Positions 13,111-24,974 are shown, numbered from the stretch's first letter. The stretch is DNA of 64,000 nucleotides from Felis catus (GCF_018350175.1 NC_058368.1:231138001-231202000), one strand, 5' to 3'. The notes: a model not told the origin generated them from the sequence alone. Numbers and translations are program-made.

Positions 13111-13503
13111 ATTATAATCAAGACTAAGCATCTTAGTTAAAAGAAATGATTAAAGTTGAATTTATTAAACAAAGACAGTCTTTTAGATTGTTCTCTTTAT
13201 GTATGTAACGTCTCAGCATTACTGTAAAATTTAGAAGAGTAAAATGGGTACAAAACTTCTCCACTGGTTATTAGAAAGGTTCCAGTCAAAATACTCGGAT
13301 ATCAAAAATCTGCACAAAGCCTCAAATAAAATCATGTACTCAACAAATACTAGTAACATTAAGACTCCACAATGATTCATTCTCAGAAAAAATAAGCAAA
13401 TTACTATCCTACTGAGTTTCCTTTAAAAGGAATTCATTTTAAAGACCTCCTTTTTTGAAGCTTTTAAATTATTAGGTCATATGATAATGAATAACAAACT
13501 TAC

Positions 13504-13578
13504 CAGGGAACAGATATCCAGCCACCAGCCACAAATGAGAGGGAACACTCCAATTTCTACCACCACTAGCAAAGAGAC
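13504..13578 (-). CDS. MARCHF6: MARCHF6 exon 14 (75 nt; VSLLVVVEIGVFPLICGWWLDICSL)
   Basis: ccacag|GTCTCTT...TCCCTG|gtaagt; preceded by a 79-nt intron. Confidence 0.97.
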
Positions 13579-13657
13579 CTGTGGTAAAAACAAAGATCAT
13601 CAGTATCGTCCAAATGGGGAGAAGCCACTTCCGGTTTTAACTTATAACAGGAATTAC

Positions 13658-13726
13658 CTTAACAACGATATAGCAGACTCCCAGCAAGCGACGAGACCTA
13701 TGAAATTTAACAAGAGTTGCCAAGCC
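13658..13726 (-). CDS. MARCHF6: MARCHF6 exon 13 (69 nt; GLATLVKFHRSRRLLGVCYIVVK)
   Basis: ctgcag|GGCTTGG...GTTAAG|gtaatt. Confidence 0.97.
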
Positions 13727-13954
13727 CTGCAGCATCTAGTCAAGGAAAATCTGAGCATAACAGATACTTATTTAGGCAACACTTAATATTATTTGACAAT
13801 TTATTTCATACTTTATCTGTCCTCATCCTCACTACATATATCTACAGATTTTACTGAAAGGACAAGAGAAAAGAAACAGTTTTGTCATTAACAGGAACAA
13901 CTCTTTGGTATGAATAACATCACTGAATACCCACGTTAGTTAATTAAAGGATAC
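13727..13954 (-). other. U12-type (minor spliceosome) GT-AG intron 12 of MARCHF6, 228 nt
   Basis: 5'ss GTATCCTTT matches the U11 consensus RTATCCTTT; branch TTCCTTGAC at 13747-13739 with its A ~13 nt from the CAG; no polypyrimidine tract. Confidence 0.93.
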
Positions 13955-14035
13955 ATGACAAATTATCAGTGTTATTGCTAAAAGTATATACCCAACTATG
14001 GTTGTGATTAGACCTTCAAAATGAGATGCTTGTAC
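13955..14035 (-). CDS. MARCHF6: MARCHF6 exon 12 (81 nt; VQASHFEGLITTIVGYILLAITLIICH)
   Basis: ttccag|GTACAAG...TGTCAT|gtatcctt (U12-type donor). Confidence 0.97.
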
Positions 14036-15317
14036 CTGGAAATAAAAATAAATAGAATTTAATTTTACCATACGGCCTACATCCCAGTTTAATAATGTAT
14101 GAACAATCCAAGCAGACTAAAAGCGGTAAAACTATAAAATCCCCTTTGAATGACATCTCTGCAAACCAGACTCTCCCACTGCTGTATGAAAGGATGAGGT
14201 AAAATCAAAGAGTAACACTCTACTCCAGCAGACAAAATAAAAGCAGAGTGAATTAAATTTTACAAAATTAACTGCTGCAAAACACTAGTCTCGTCTCTAC
14301 TCTGGCCTGAGGCGGACTCGCCCAGGGCTGAGCAGAGAAAGCAGCAGCGCGCCACCCAAGCAGCCGGCCGGCCAGGTCCGTCTCAGCCCCTCACCTCCCA
14401 CCCCGAGGAGCGACTGCGTACATTTCCCCTGCTCTCCAAATCCATTCCATTTTCAACTTACAGAGAGTGAAAGTTTGGACAGTGACAAATCTTTTGGGTT
14501 CCTGAATTTCAGACAGCAAGTGGTGATAGTTTGGAAAGTCAAATTTATCAAAGCTTTATGTGAACCTTTCAAGTGTGTTCAACTACAAGAAGCAGAGCTG
14601 CAATTAAACACTGAAACACATCTCTTTGCCCTTTCAGAACGCTTCAGAATCTGAGCTCTCCGGATTTACATACACAAATTGAACAGAACGTTCCAGATAT
14701 GTCAGCTCTTCCTTGAAAGACTAGATCTAGTCTTGAAAGACTAGATCTTTCACAAAATAGACCCCTACACAAAATAGTCACTAGACCTCACAAAATAGCT
14801 GTAGTTGACCATCCAAATATTTATCTACCTCTAAAAACATGGAGATGTCAAAATTAAAACAAATTCTTTAGAAAACACTATAGCCTATCATTCCAAAACA
14901 GACCAATGCTTTTTTTTTTTTTTTAAGTTAACTGATATATTGCTACTTTTCTAAATTCACTATGGGAAAGCTAAAGAAAAGGGAGAGAAGGGAGCATACA
15001 AGTTAATGGAACAGGTCAAAAATCATCCTGTACGAAAACTTTCCAGTAGCATGCCTTTGGCCCACCCAACAAGAAGAAACACATGAGTGCATCATGGGAT
15101 TCAGAGCACATCTTCCTCAGCTGGCAATATTATCTATACTGTCTTGAGCCTCTGTTAGTTTAAAAAAGAAAAAGAATGAGATAATGTTGGATAACTATTC
15201 CTTTGTGTAAGGCAAATTGAGAAATGAAGTAACTCTTTACAACACTATCATTTACTCAACAAATATCAAATCTGGGGCAAAATAATGAAAGTAAGCTTGT
15301 AAAAGTATTATACTCAC

Positions 15318-15376
15318 GTGTTCTTCAAATCCCAAACCAACAAGGGAGAAATGACCAATATGGTAAGGGCAAAATG
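15318..15376 (-). CDS. MARCHF6: MARCHF6 exon 11 (59 nt; AFCPYHIGHFSLVGLGFEEH)
   Basis: ttttag|CATTTTGC...GAACAC|gtgagt. Confidence 0.97.
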
Positions 15377-15899
15377 CTAAAAAGGGAAGAAAAAAACTCA
15401 ATGAAAACTTCAAAATCAAAACAACGAACACTCCTAGTGTCAATCCACACTAAAAGGAACCAGAGCTTCTTCGAGAAATGAAAGATTCCAGAACTGGGGT
15501 CAAAAATGTACTGCCTAGGACATTCTCTATAACCGGAAAACAACAAAGATATCAAAGTCGAATAGGCTCATGGCAAAAGGACCCAGGAACCATCATGAAG
15601 TCTCATGAAAGGACAATATGAGCATCAAAGAATGACCAAACTGATGGAAACACACTGAATGCTTCACAAATACACGAGTTCATACTACCCAAAAAGGGGA
15701 AAGCCAAAAACAAAACCGCAAAAGGACAAAAAGCAACAGAAGAAAAAAACACTTTCATCACCCATGGAAACAGCACACCAATCCCTTCCCCTGAAAACCG
15801 ATAATTGGAAGGAAAGAACCGCACACCTGTCTGGCTTCTTCTGAACAAACAGCTTCAGGTTAACTATGATGTTACTTAAACGTTCCAGTTTAAAGGAAA

Positions 15900-16260
15900 A
15901 ATAGAGACAAAGGAGCAAGGCGGTAGCATACAAGAAACAAATCAGACAAATGTAGGACAAGTGACCTAGTCTGTTCAAGAAATCAATGGCAAAATAGGGT
16001 AGAAGTAGCAGAAAGGAGCAAAGAATATTCTAGATCAAAAGGAACTTAAGACTTAACAACCTAAACTAATGTGTAGACCTTATTTTCATCCTCAAACAAA
16101 CCAACTGTAAAATGACATTTAAGGAGACAATCTAGGAATTTTTAATATGATGGATTGTTAAAAAAAAAAAAACACTTAAATTCTGCTAATTTAGTACAGT
16201 GTGATAGACACTATGGTTGAATGAGAAAATATCCTTAAAATTTTCATAATAAAAATTTGT
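15900..16260 (+). mobile_element. Old L1 (L1ME/MC-like) 3' fragment
   Basis: aacttaagacttaacaacctaaactaatgtgtagacctta...aaaccaactgtaaaatgacattt..gagacaatc. Confidence 0.55.
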
Positions 16261-17084
16261 ATAGTCTCTTTTCCTCAAGTATTTCTTGTCATGTTAATAC
16301 AATTTTATTTTTCTTAATAAAATGTAATTATATTTTCTTTATGGCAAAATTAATTGAGCAGCACAGATTACTAGGGAAGCCACGAGGGGACTCAATCATT
16401 AAGACAAAAGAGTGAATCTACAGGATCTGGCCACCACACCTCTCTAATCGATTATATTCCATGGGCAGAAATTATTTTGAACAGGTATTCCCAACATATT
16501 TAAAATTATAAATCATATACACATTATTTTACTAATATGTGTATTATAAAGCACGAGAAATTCCTATAAGAGTAAGAAAAAACTCTATGCAGAATTTTTC
16601 CTATTTTGTTCACACCCAGCTCTGATGATGACTCAAATAGGCTCCTGAGAAGCACCAAGTGTTGACAATTTCTATCCAATTACACAGCAACTACCAGATA
16701 AATATCCTGAAATTAAGGTCAGTTTCTCAGTATCATTCCCTTCTACTAGGACACAGCTGCATAATAAGGTTATAATTCTGCAAAGTACATGACCATAAGA
16801 GTCCAAAAATGGAGGTGGAAAATTCCAACAGAGCAACTAAAGTAGAAAAGAAATAGGAGTGTGCTTAATCCCAATGACCATTCACCTTTAAGGAAAAGTA
16901 TATTCCTAAGAAAAGGAAAACCTCTTGGTTCATTTCAAAAGATCCTAAGTATAATACATACAGGTTTCATACGAAGACAACTTTTTTTATAGCATAAGCT
17001 TAGAGGCTGGATTAAAAAAAAAATTTACTTAGATTTGCTTTACATAAATGAGTGCTCCCGTTTCTATAATTCATGTTTTCTTTT

Positions 17085-17194
17085 TAAGTTTATTTATTTA
17101 TTTTTTAGTCATCTCTATACCCAATGCGGGGCTCGACTCACAACTCCAAGTCTAAGGGTTGCACGCTCCTCCGAAGAAGCCAGCCAGGTGCCCC
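17085..17194 (-). mobile_element. Short Can-SINE
   Basis: TSD ctataattcatgtttt (17064-17079 / 17196-17211); ends gccagccaggtgcccc. Confidence 0.85.
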
Positions 17195-18522
17195 ACTATA
17201 ATTCATGTTTTAAAGGCGACTTGTTCCTCCAAACATTAATTCAGCATTAAGCTTTTCTTGCAAGAACAAAGACAAAATCTACACATCATTTTTTCTCTCA
17301 AAGAATCAGAACAGTTTCACACTCTATGTATGTATCAATTATTTTACATAATGAAGAATGTATGCAGAATAATCTTCATTTTCATGTTTCCACCCCCCCA
17401 CCCCAACCCTCGCAAAAGGAAACAAAGAATGAGCTTCCTATCAATTTGCACCATCTTAAATAGCTACTAAAAATTAAGAATCAATGGAACTTTTTCAAGA
17501 TTATTTTGTTTCAACAAGATACCTTTAAATTTTTTTTGTTCTTTCATAGATAATATTCAGAAATTAGTTTTTCGTCTCATTCTCAAGTCTACATATTCAA
17601 TGTCTTTTTTACAACACTTCAACACTTCCCGTTGAAGGCCTAACTGCTTTCTGAGTCACAACGTGGTTGGCAACCCAAAACGAGTAACTTAGAATAAAGT
17701 GTAAGAACATTGGGAAATCTATACTGCCCCTCCTGAGCAGAATTAAGAGGTAACTCACATGCAGAAAGAAGGAATTTCTCAAAGATCAGCCCTATCAAGA
17801 GATGTGTAGCCTGAGGTGTCTCTATGAGACACAAATCAAAGCACAATCTAACAGCCTGATTCTATCAGACTCCACTTCCTTTCCCTTGAGAGGTGCAGGA
17901 ATTACATCTTTCTCAAAGCAGAAAAACCTGTGAATTCTGTCTCCTCGCCCATCTTCCTTTCTCTAATCACTCCCAACAGGAGGGACTCATGTGTTGTCAC
18001 AAAATCCTCACAGTTGCAGTTGTCAAAGTGTTTGGAAATGACTTTGCATTTACTGGAATTTGGTTCTAAAGGAAATTCACACTTGCGAAAGGTTCACTTT
18101 TCTCCTCAAGTCTATATCCACCTCTGGTGACAGCTCCCAAGCCAGGGTCTCTGGGAAGGCCTTGGATAGGATTCTGAGAGAGGAAACAAGATCTTCTGCC
18201 AAAGGGAAGAACACACAGATAATCACCACAAAACTGGTTCCAGAGACAGGATGATGCCTATTCTCAAGTCAGTCTAAAACCAGCTTCTATAAAAAGAGAT
18301 GGAAATGCCCCAAAGAAGCAGAGATGGTAGGTAACTATAGTCAATGTCGCTTAGGAAAGAAAAGTTATCTGTATGGGTGGGGCCTTCCGGTACAGGATAA
18401 CTATCTGAAACCATTTCGTATATCCCTGTGTTTAAAAACAAACAAAAACAAAACCCATAACAAGGCTCCAAAAAAACAACTCCTATCTTATTACCATAAA
18501 TAACAGTATAAACACCACTTAC

Positions 18523-18574
18523 CAAAAACAAGAATGAAGAGTGTGTTTAAAGACACCACCCAGAAGACATGTTC
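18523..18574 (-). CDS. MARCHF6: MARCHF6 exon 10 (52 nt; EHVFWVVSLNTLFILVF)
   Basis: ttttag|GAACATG...GTTTTTG|gtaagt. Confidence 0.97.
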
Positions 18575-19732
18575 CTAAAAGAAAAGAGCCATTAATAAAA
18601 CATACTCAATTCTTACTATATGTCTAACGAGACTACTCAGTTAGGAGACTGGAATTTTCACTCTAGAATGTTGAGATTTCATTTCAGAAATTATGTGCAA
18701 CTTATTTTTCATTACATAGCCCATACAATTAAGCCTAATAAGGCTCAAGTTCATAATGTTACATGTAGGGAAAAAAAATCAATCTGTAAACGTTTCCTCT
18801 TCAGAAAGAAGCCACTACAAATTACAGATTCTCACAAAAAATATCCAGATTTCGTTTAAATCAGATGACAGTGAAAATTTCCAAATGGAGGAAAATTTAA
18901 AAATCACATTAATTCTGAACTTTTTATGAATGTAAACTGCACAGTGCTTCTTTCCACTGCCCATTTTGTTCTCATGGTTTCTGCAAGGTCATTTGATCTT
19001 CCTTGGTCCCTTTTTTCCCTATGGCACCCTGGTTTTCTCAGTGGACGTCTTAGAATGCTCATTCCCTCTTGGCCATTCATCCACTCCCACAGTTACTTAC
19101 TACGTATTATCACCTCCAAGATGACTGTCACCTTACAGGATTGTTTGAGGCAGTAGGGAATCTTCCCCACGCAGCTAAAGTCATCTTAATACTCAAAAAT
19201 CCCAAGTGATTTCATATTACAGAACCTGAAAAGAGTATCACTTCTCCTTTAAGGAACTATTCCTCACCTCTGAGCTGTATGTACTCTTTACCAGCAAGTA
19301 AAGAAGATAGGTGAGGTTTGGCAAACAGTGGAAACCTAACATGAAAATGGGCCTGTCACCGGGAACACTGCAAAGCTGCTCTATTTTCACCAGTTCAGGC
19401 ATGAATTAATATACTGCAAAGTTTAAAAAGACCCAAAAAAAAAAAAAAAAAAAAAAAGATCAAGTTCTTAACTACAATTCTGTATTTCATTTTGTTTTCT
19501 AAAAATCAAGTAATCAATAATTACCTTTTTAAATACTATTACCTTTGTTCTTTGCCAATATTTTCAATACACAAAACAGACTTTCTTCAACATATCAAGT
19601 AATCAAAAGGCACAGGGCATGCTGACCTTTAGCGTAAAAAGCCAGCACATAATACTGTAAATTTGAAACTGCTGAGTCATTAAGATAATTAAGTCACAAC
19701 TCTTATTATTAAAAAATATTGGCTTTACTTAC

Positions 19733-19765
19733 TAGAAAAACTAGTGATCCATCAAGTCCTAGCAT
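19733..19765 (-). CDS. MARCHF6: MARCHF6 exon 9 (33 nt; MLGLDGSLVFL)
   Basis: ttttag|ATGCTAGGACTTGATGGATCACTAGTTTTTCTA|gtaagt. Confidence 0.96.
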
Positions 19766-20285
19766 CTAAAATAAATAACAATATACATGAATTAAAGTTG
19801 CAACAGGATTTTTTTTCTGTTTATAAAAAAGGCTCATTTTCAATTATCTGTAAACATAATCCTTACCCACTACTTTCTAAAACAGCTTATCATTTTCAGA
19901 GTAAAAAACTTACTAGAGTTTTATATCTGGGCCTCCTTTTATTCTAAATCTTATGATTATGAAATCAAAACAATTCCATCTTACATTAGCTATGGAGCCA
20001 GTCAAGATTTCAGGACCTATCAACTTGCAGTATCAGAATAATACTTCATTTAAATTGTTACTTCATTTTCCAAAAGTCCACAATGTGTTTGTATTAAAGG
20101 CCAGAAAATAGAAAAATAGTCAGTAATAAGATTATATTTTTAATATTTTCACCACAAACAATACATCACTTTTCTCTAGAAATTAAAGTTCACAGTCTCC
20201 ATCAAATGTTGACTACAAAATTAGTGTATAAATACAAAAATGCCTGACTTTAAAACACAGTTTCAGGTTAAAACACTAGAACGCA

Positions 20286-20478
20286 GGGCACCTCAGTGGC
20301 TCAGTCAGTTAAGCTTCCGACTCTTGATCTCAGCTCAGATCACGATCTTACGGTTCGTGAGTTCAAGCCCTGCATTGGGCTCCGCGCTGACAGTGAGGAG
20401 CCTGCTTGGGTTCTCTCTCTGCCCCTGCCCTGTGCTCTTTCTCAAATAATTAAAATAATTAAAAACAACAACAACAAC
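20286..20478 (+). mobile_element. Can-SINE, ~25 nt from the exon 8 donor
   Basis: SINE consensus; TSD aacactagaa(c/t)gca. Confidence 0.9.
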
Positions 20479-20503
20479 ACTAGAATGCATGAAAGAATCT
20501 TAC

Positions 20504-20565
20504 TCTTTCCCACGTAAGTTCTTCTGCAGCTCGGTCCCACTCTAAAGCATTCCAGTTCATGTCAT
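20504..20565 (-). CDS. MARCHF6: MARCHF6 exon 8 (62 nt; DDMNWNALEWDRAAEELTWER)
   Basis: ttccag|ATGACATG...GAAAGA|gtaaga. Confidence 0.97.
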
Positions 20566-21777
20566 CTGGAAATATAATTGTCATTTAAAGATTACTGATG
20601 GAACCTGAACCACAAACACATTCTTTTAGTTTGGTGTTTTGTAAACCACTGATGAGAAGCTGAACCACATTACTTGCCTGTTAGGCAGGAAGAACACATA
20701 TAAACAAATGAAACACATACACAGTTGATTCTAGACTGTGGTTAAGTGTTGGAAAGGCAATAAATACGATTATGTGAAAGAGAGGAACTAAACCAGAATG
20801 AATCTGGCAAACTTGAGAAAGATGAGGAAGGCAGGGGACAAGACTTCTTCACAGGGGGAGGGTGGCAGAAGAGACAGTATGAAAGGCAGACAGAGATCCA
20901 ATCATACAAGCGGGGAAGGTAAAACTGGACTATGTTTTCTTCTTTAGTACAACGGAGAAACCACTACAAGAATTTAAGGCAGGAGGCACTAGGAACATTC
21001 TGTGTAGTGAGAATACAGTGGGGCGAGAGCAGAGAACAGCAGCTCATTAGGAGCTATTGTGCTGGACGAGAGACGGAAATGGAGGCTGCATCAGGGCCAT
21101 GTTCTCAGAGCCTTTGAACACACACTCGCCCCTCCCAATGAAGGCCCCTTGCTCCCATGACCCAACTTGCTTCTCATCCTTCGAGGTCTCAGCTGTCACC
21201 GACTCTGAGCTACCCAGAGAACCTACTTAAAAAGGGTCTTTCCCAAGAGCATCCTCAGAGCAACCTGCACACTTATCACAATGTGTAACGAGGTACTTGT
21301 TCACTTGGGTATTCCTGCTTCTTCACAGAGACCACAAATTCCATGAAGGCAGGGACCCGAGTGCCGGCGCCCAGGAGGCACTCTGATGTCAGCAATGTCA
21401 AGAGGGCCTAGACACAGTATGGTGCTTGACAGGAAAACTCTGGGGTGAGAGGGGGAAATGGAGGTGGTGAGCTAGCGATATAAAAGGCTGGTGGGCACAG
21501 TCTTGGATTTTCTTAACTTTCTGGAGTCACAAACTGCTAGAAAAGAAGAGAAATGGCCTCCTTAATGGCATCTGGCCTGCCATGTACACCTCAAGAATTC
21601 TTCTTTGATATAAAAAGCTGTGCTGACTTAACAGAAATGGAAAGGAATCAAGTATATCTGTATCAAATTCCTTTAAAAAAAAAAAAAAACCTAGGATCTA
21701 CTACAACTTACAAGTAACTTCTTCCTATTCATTCTAGAAAAGTCCCACGCAAAGCAGGATTTTAAAACACAGAACGT

Positions 21778-21972
21778 GAGGCGCCTGCGTGGCTCAGTTG
21801 GTAAAGCATCCCACTTGGGCTCAGACCACGATCTCGTGGTTCGTTGAGTTCGAGCCCTGCATCAGGCTTGCTGCTGTCAACACAGAGCCTGCTTCGGATC
21901 CTCTGTCCCCTTCTCTCTGCCCCTCCCCCGCCTGCACTCACCCAAAAATAAACATTAAATATATAAATAAAA
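21778..21972 (+). mobile_element. Can-SINE
   Basis: gaggcgcctgcgtggctcagttgg...aaaaataaacatt. Confidence 0.9.
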
Positions 21973-22182
21973 CACAAAATGTACCCTGCTTCACAGGAAA
22001 AAAAAAAAAAATTACACATATGTATATCCAGAAATGCAAGTTTGCAAAACAGAGTAAAAACAGGCCGGAAATACAACTCCAAGCCCATAAAATTTTGAAA
22101 ATTCTAGTCCTTCTCCTCAAGGAAAGCTGGAAGTGGGTTCATGGTCATGGAGGGAGCAGAAGGATGGGCCAGCGGCCATTAC

Positions 22183-22372
22183 CCTGGGCCCCGTTGTTGG
22201 CATCGGCTGCATCTTCCCCGCCCGCGTCCTCTTCCTCCTCGTTGTCCTCCTCCTCCTCTTCTGCCTGATCGTCCTGGGCATCAGGGTTTTCTCCCACCAC
22301 CACGTTCTCGGCCGGCGGGTTAGCAGGCTGGTCAGGGGCCACATTTTCAGCACCATTGCCTCCCGCTGGAGC
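22183..22372 (-). CDS. MARCHF6: MARCHF6 exon 7 (190 nt; acidic low-complexity loop APAGGNGAENVAPDQ...EEEEEDNEEEED...NNGAQ)
   Basis: ctttag|GCTCCAGCG...GCCCAGG|gtaatg; overlaps ORF 22145..22342. Confidence 0.97.
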
Positions 22373-23140
22373 CTAAAGTGACACAGAAGCCCAGAAATTT
22401 AGCTAACTTGTCTCAGTTTTGCTCTATTTCCAAATAGCACTCTTCCTGCTAAAAAAATAAAACTAATAAACACACACACTGTTAAAATTCCAAAACACAC
22501 CTCTCAAAGTCACCTTTTCTACAAGTATCTGATTTTGGATCAACTCAGTATATAAGAGTGTGAATTCACGTCACAGTGTCTATATTCATTCAGTACAATT
22601 TAGGGATTTCACAAAACAGCACAGGAAATGGGTTAACAAATCTGGCTGGCTATTCTGAACGCACGATTCCATAATCCTTCTTCACCTTTAAACATTTTTT
22701 TTTGAGGACCAAACTTTAACATTTCAAGCACATCCCAAATGAGTTACTGGTGTGGTTACAGAAGCTTCTATTCATGCCAGCAAAGCAAGAATGGAGAATT
22801 CAGAAAGTTAAAGCAATATTCCCTTTGTATACATAAAAACAGTACGTTAAAACATGTCACAAAAGGAGGCAAAAAAGGAGGCATTCAGCAGAGTAAAAAT
22901 AAGCAGCAGGCTGACTGTCTTAACAACAGGAGAGAGAAACTGCTGGAGTTCACAGTTTCAGGAAACAGAGCTGCATCAGCCAAAAGAGATCCAGACCTGA
23001 GTTCTGATTTATTATTACAACTAGTCAAGGGCAAACTCAAGGAAAACCAAGGTTAGACTTCCCACGACTGCAGTCAGATCTTGCAGCAAGAGAACTCTGG
23101 TTACTTCTCATGCAGGCTGAGCAAGGAGGAGCAATGAGAC

Positions 23141-23488
23141 TCAACCAGGGATTCTGACCCCAGGCTGCCATCCCTGCACCTGCGCTCTGAGCTCCTCGGG
23201 CAAGACAACCTGGAATTACTCGTACGCCAGCATCTCCAGTCTGTTCCTCTGTGTAAACACTGGGTCTCAGCCACTGTCCAGCAAGATCCTGGAGAGGCCT
23301 GAGGACACCCTTGAGCCCAGCTGCCACCTCTGCCTGGAGGCTACAGGGTTGGGAGGATTCCTTCAACGGAATGATCTCAACGTGTTCCAGTCTTCATCAA
23401 GGCCATCCGGGGGAAGCCCAGAAGGCTCTTGTGGAACCTGGACCTGGGGAGCCATTATTAGGATGACCTCTGGCTCCTGAGCCACCAT
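23141..23488 (-). pseudogene. Disrupted SCAN-domain (SCAND1-like) coding relic in MARCHF6 intron 6
   Basis: Translation across one frameshift: EVAAGLKGVLRPLQDLAGQWLRPSVYTEEQ/LEMLAYE*FQVVLPEELRAQVQGWQPGVRIPG*. Matches the SCAN core (QWLRP..TKEQILE.LV.EQFL.ILP) and ends like SCAND1 (…VRITG*). Confidence 0.8.
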
Positions 23489-24018
23489 CTCATTTGGTGG
23501 TGACCTTATTTGATCATTCTGAATTTCTCTATTTCTTAGTGTCCTTGGGTACCCTTCCAACTCCATTCTTCACCTCTGGGAAAAGAGAACTCAGATTCCC
23601 CTGGAGGGCGGCGGGGGCAGCTCATGAGGAGACTCAAACCCCACAACCAACTCTGGGAAAGGGTGGCAATTCTTCTTCACTGCCTTCACTGACCATCTCA
23701 GGGACGAAAATAGTTTTACTCATTACCTATTCGTTTACACCCGTACAGATATAGAACTTAATTCTCAGTTATCAGTTAAATACTCGAGGAAAAGGTGTCT
23801 AATTCCTGCTCAGTAGGTGAACCTATCCATATGGACGCTGTCCGTTCCCACATGCATTATTCTCCTCTGGCTCTTACTAAGTTCTGCTACCGACTACATA
23901 AATGTAGTAATGCTACATAAGAAGTATCTTTTCTTTCTAGTCTCACATCTTGCATGTGTGATTTGCTAAGGAGAAGTCACACTCTTAACTCTGTAAAGAA
24001 AAAAGTATGATTGAATTT

Positions 24019-24226
24019 GGGGGCACCTGGGTGGCTCAACTGGTTGAGCGTCTGACTTTGGTTCAGGTCACGATCTCATAGTTCGTGGGTTCAGGCCACA
24101 CGTTGGGGTTTGCACTCACAGTGCAGAGCCTGCTTGAGATTCTCTGTCCTCTCTCTCTGCCCCTCCCCTGCTCCTGCATGCTTTCTCTCTCAAAAATAAA
24201 TGAACGTTAAAAAAATTTTTTAAAAA
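24019..24226 (+). mobile_element. Can-SINE
   Basis: ggggcacctgggtggctcaactgg... Confidence 0.9.
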
Positions 24227-24974
24227 GAATGTCAGAATTTGAGGAGACCAAGCTACACACTGACACAGCAGAAGGTCCTTAAATGAAAAATTAAGTTGTT
24301 AATTATCATTCTGAGTATCTTAGAGTCAATTTTTCATAATAAAACCGTGTGAAGTGTAAGTAGTTTTCGAACGTAAGTAGTTAATATTTTGACATTGTCA
24401 GCCCCAAAATTTCTCAGCAAGCAAGACACTAAAAATCATTTACCTTATCCTCTTTCTCTTAATACTTCTAGCAAATGCTCCTGTATCTAACATTTAAGCA
24501 TGGCATCTCTCATCAAGAAACAGCGAAAATGCACCAGACTGTTAACAGGGTTCCGATTTTTCTACTTTTGGTAATGTTGCTACCGGGAGCAGGAAACACA
24601 AGCAATTTACATACGAAGAAACTGATGAACCAAGGAGGTATGCAGCCTCCTTAGTGCCAGGCGGCACATCAGCATCATATCCAGGAAGTACACATGGTAA
24701 CTTCCGGGCCAGCGCTAAGCAGTGAATCCAGGCAAAGAGAATGCAAGAGCGCTTCAGTACACCCTCACCATTGTTCCCAATCTCACTAGAAAATTAAGAG
24801 GCAAAGGAAAAGGAGCCTTCTTTTGATTTTTTGCACCTCCCTTAATCTTCTCCCAAACCTTTTCACTGTCCTGCTTCTGAATGAGGGGCACAGGAGTCAA
24901 GGGTTTAGGTCTCAGAAGGTGACAGTAATTCCCACGTCCTACTCAGACAGAATCACCGGGGGCGAGGGAGTTAC

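Noticed and set aside
14712..14798. CRISPR-like repeat-spacer pattern
   Set aside because: Mammalian intron, only 2-3 very short units with irregular spacing and no cas genes.
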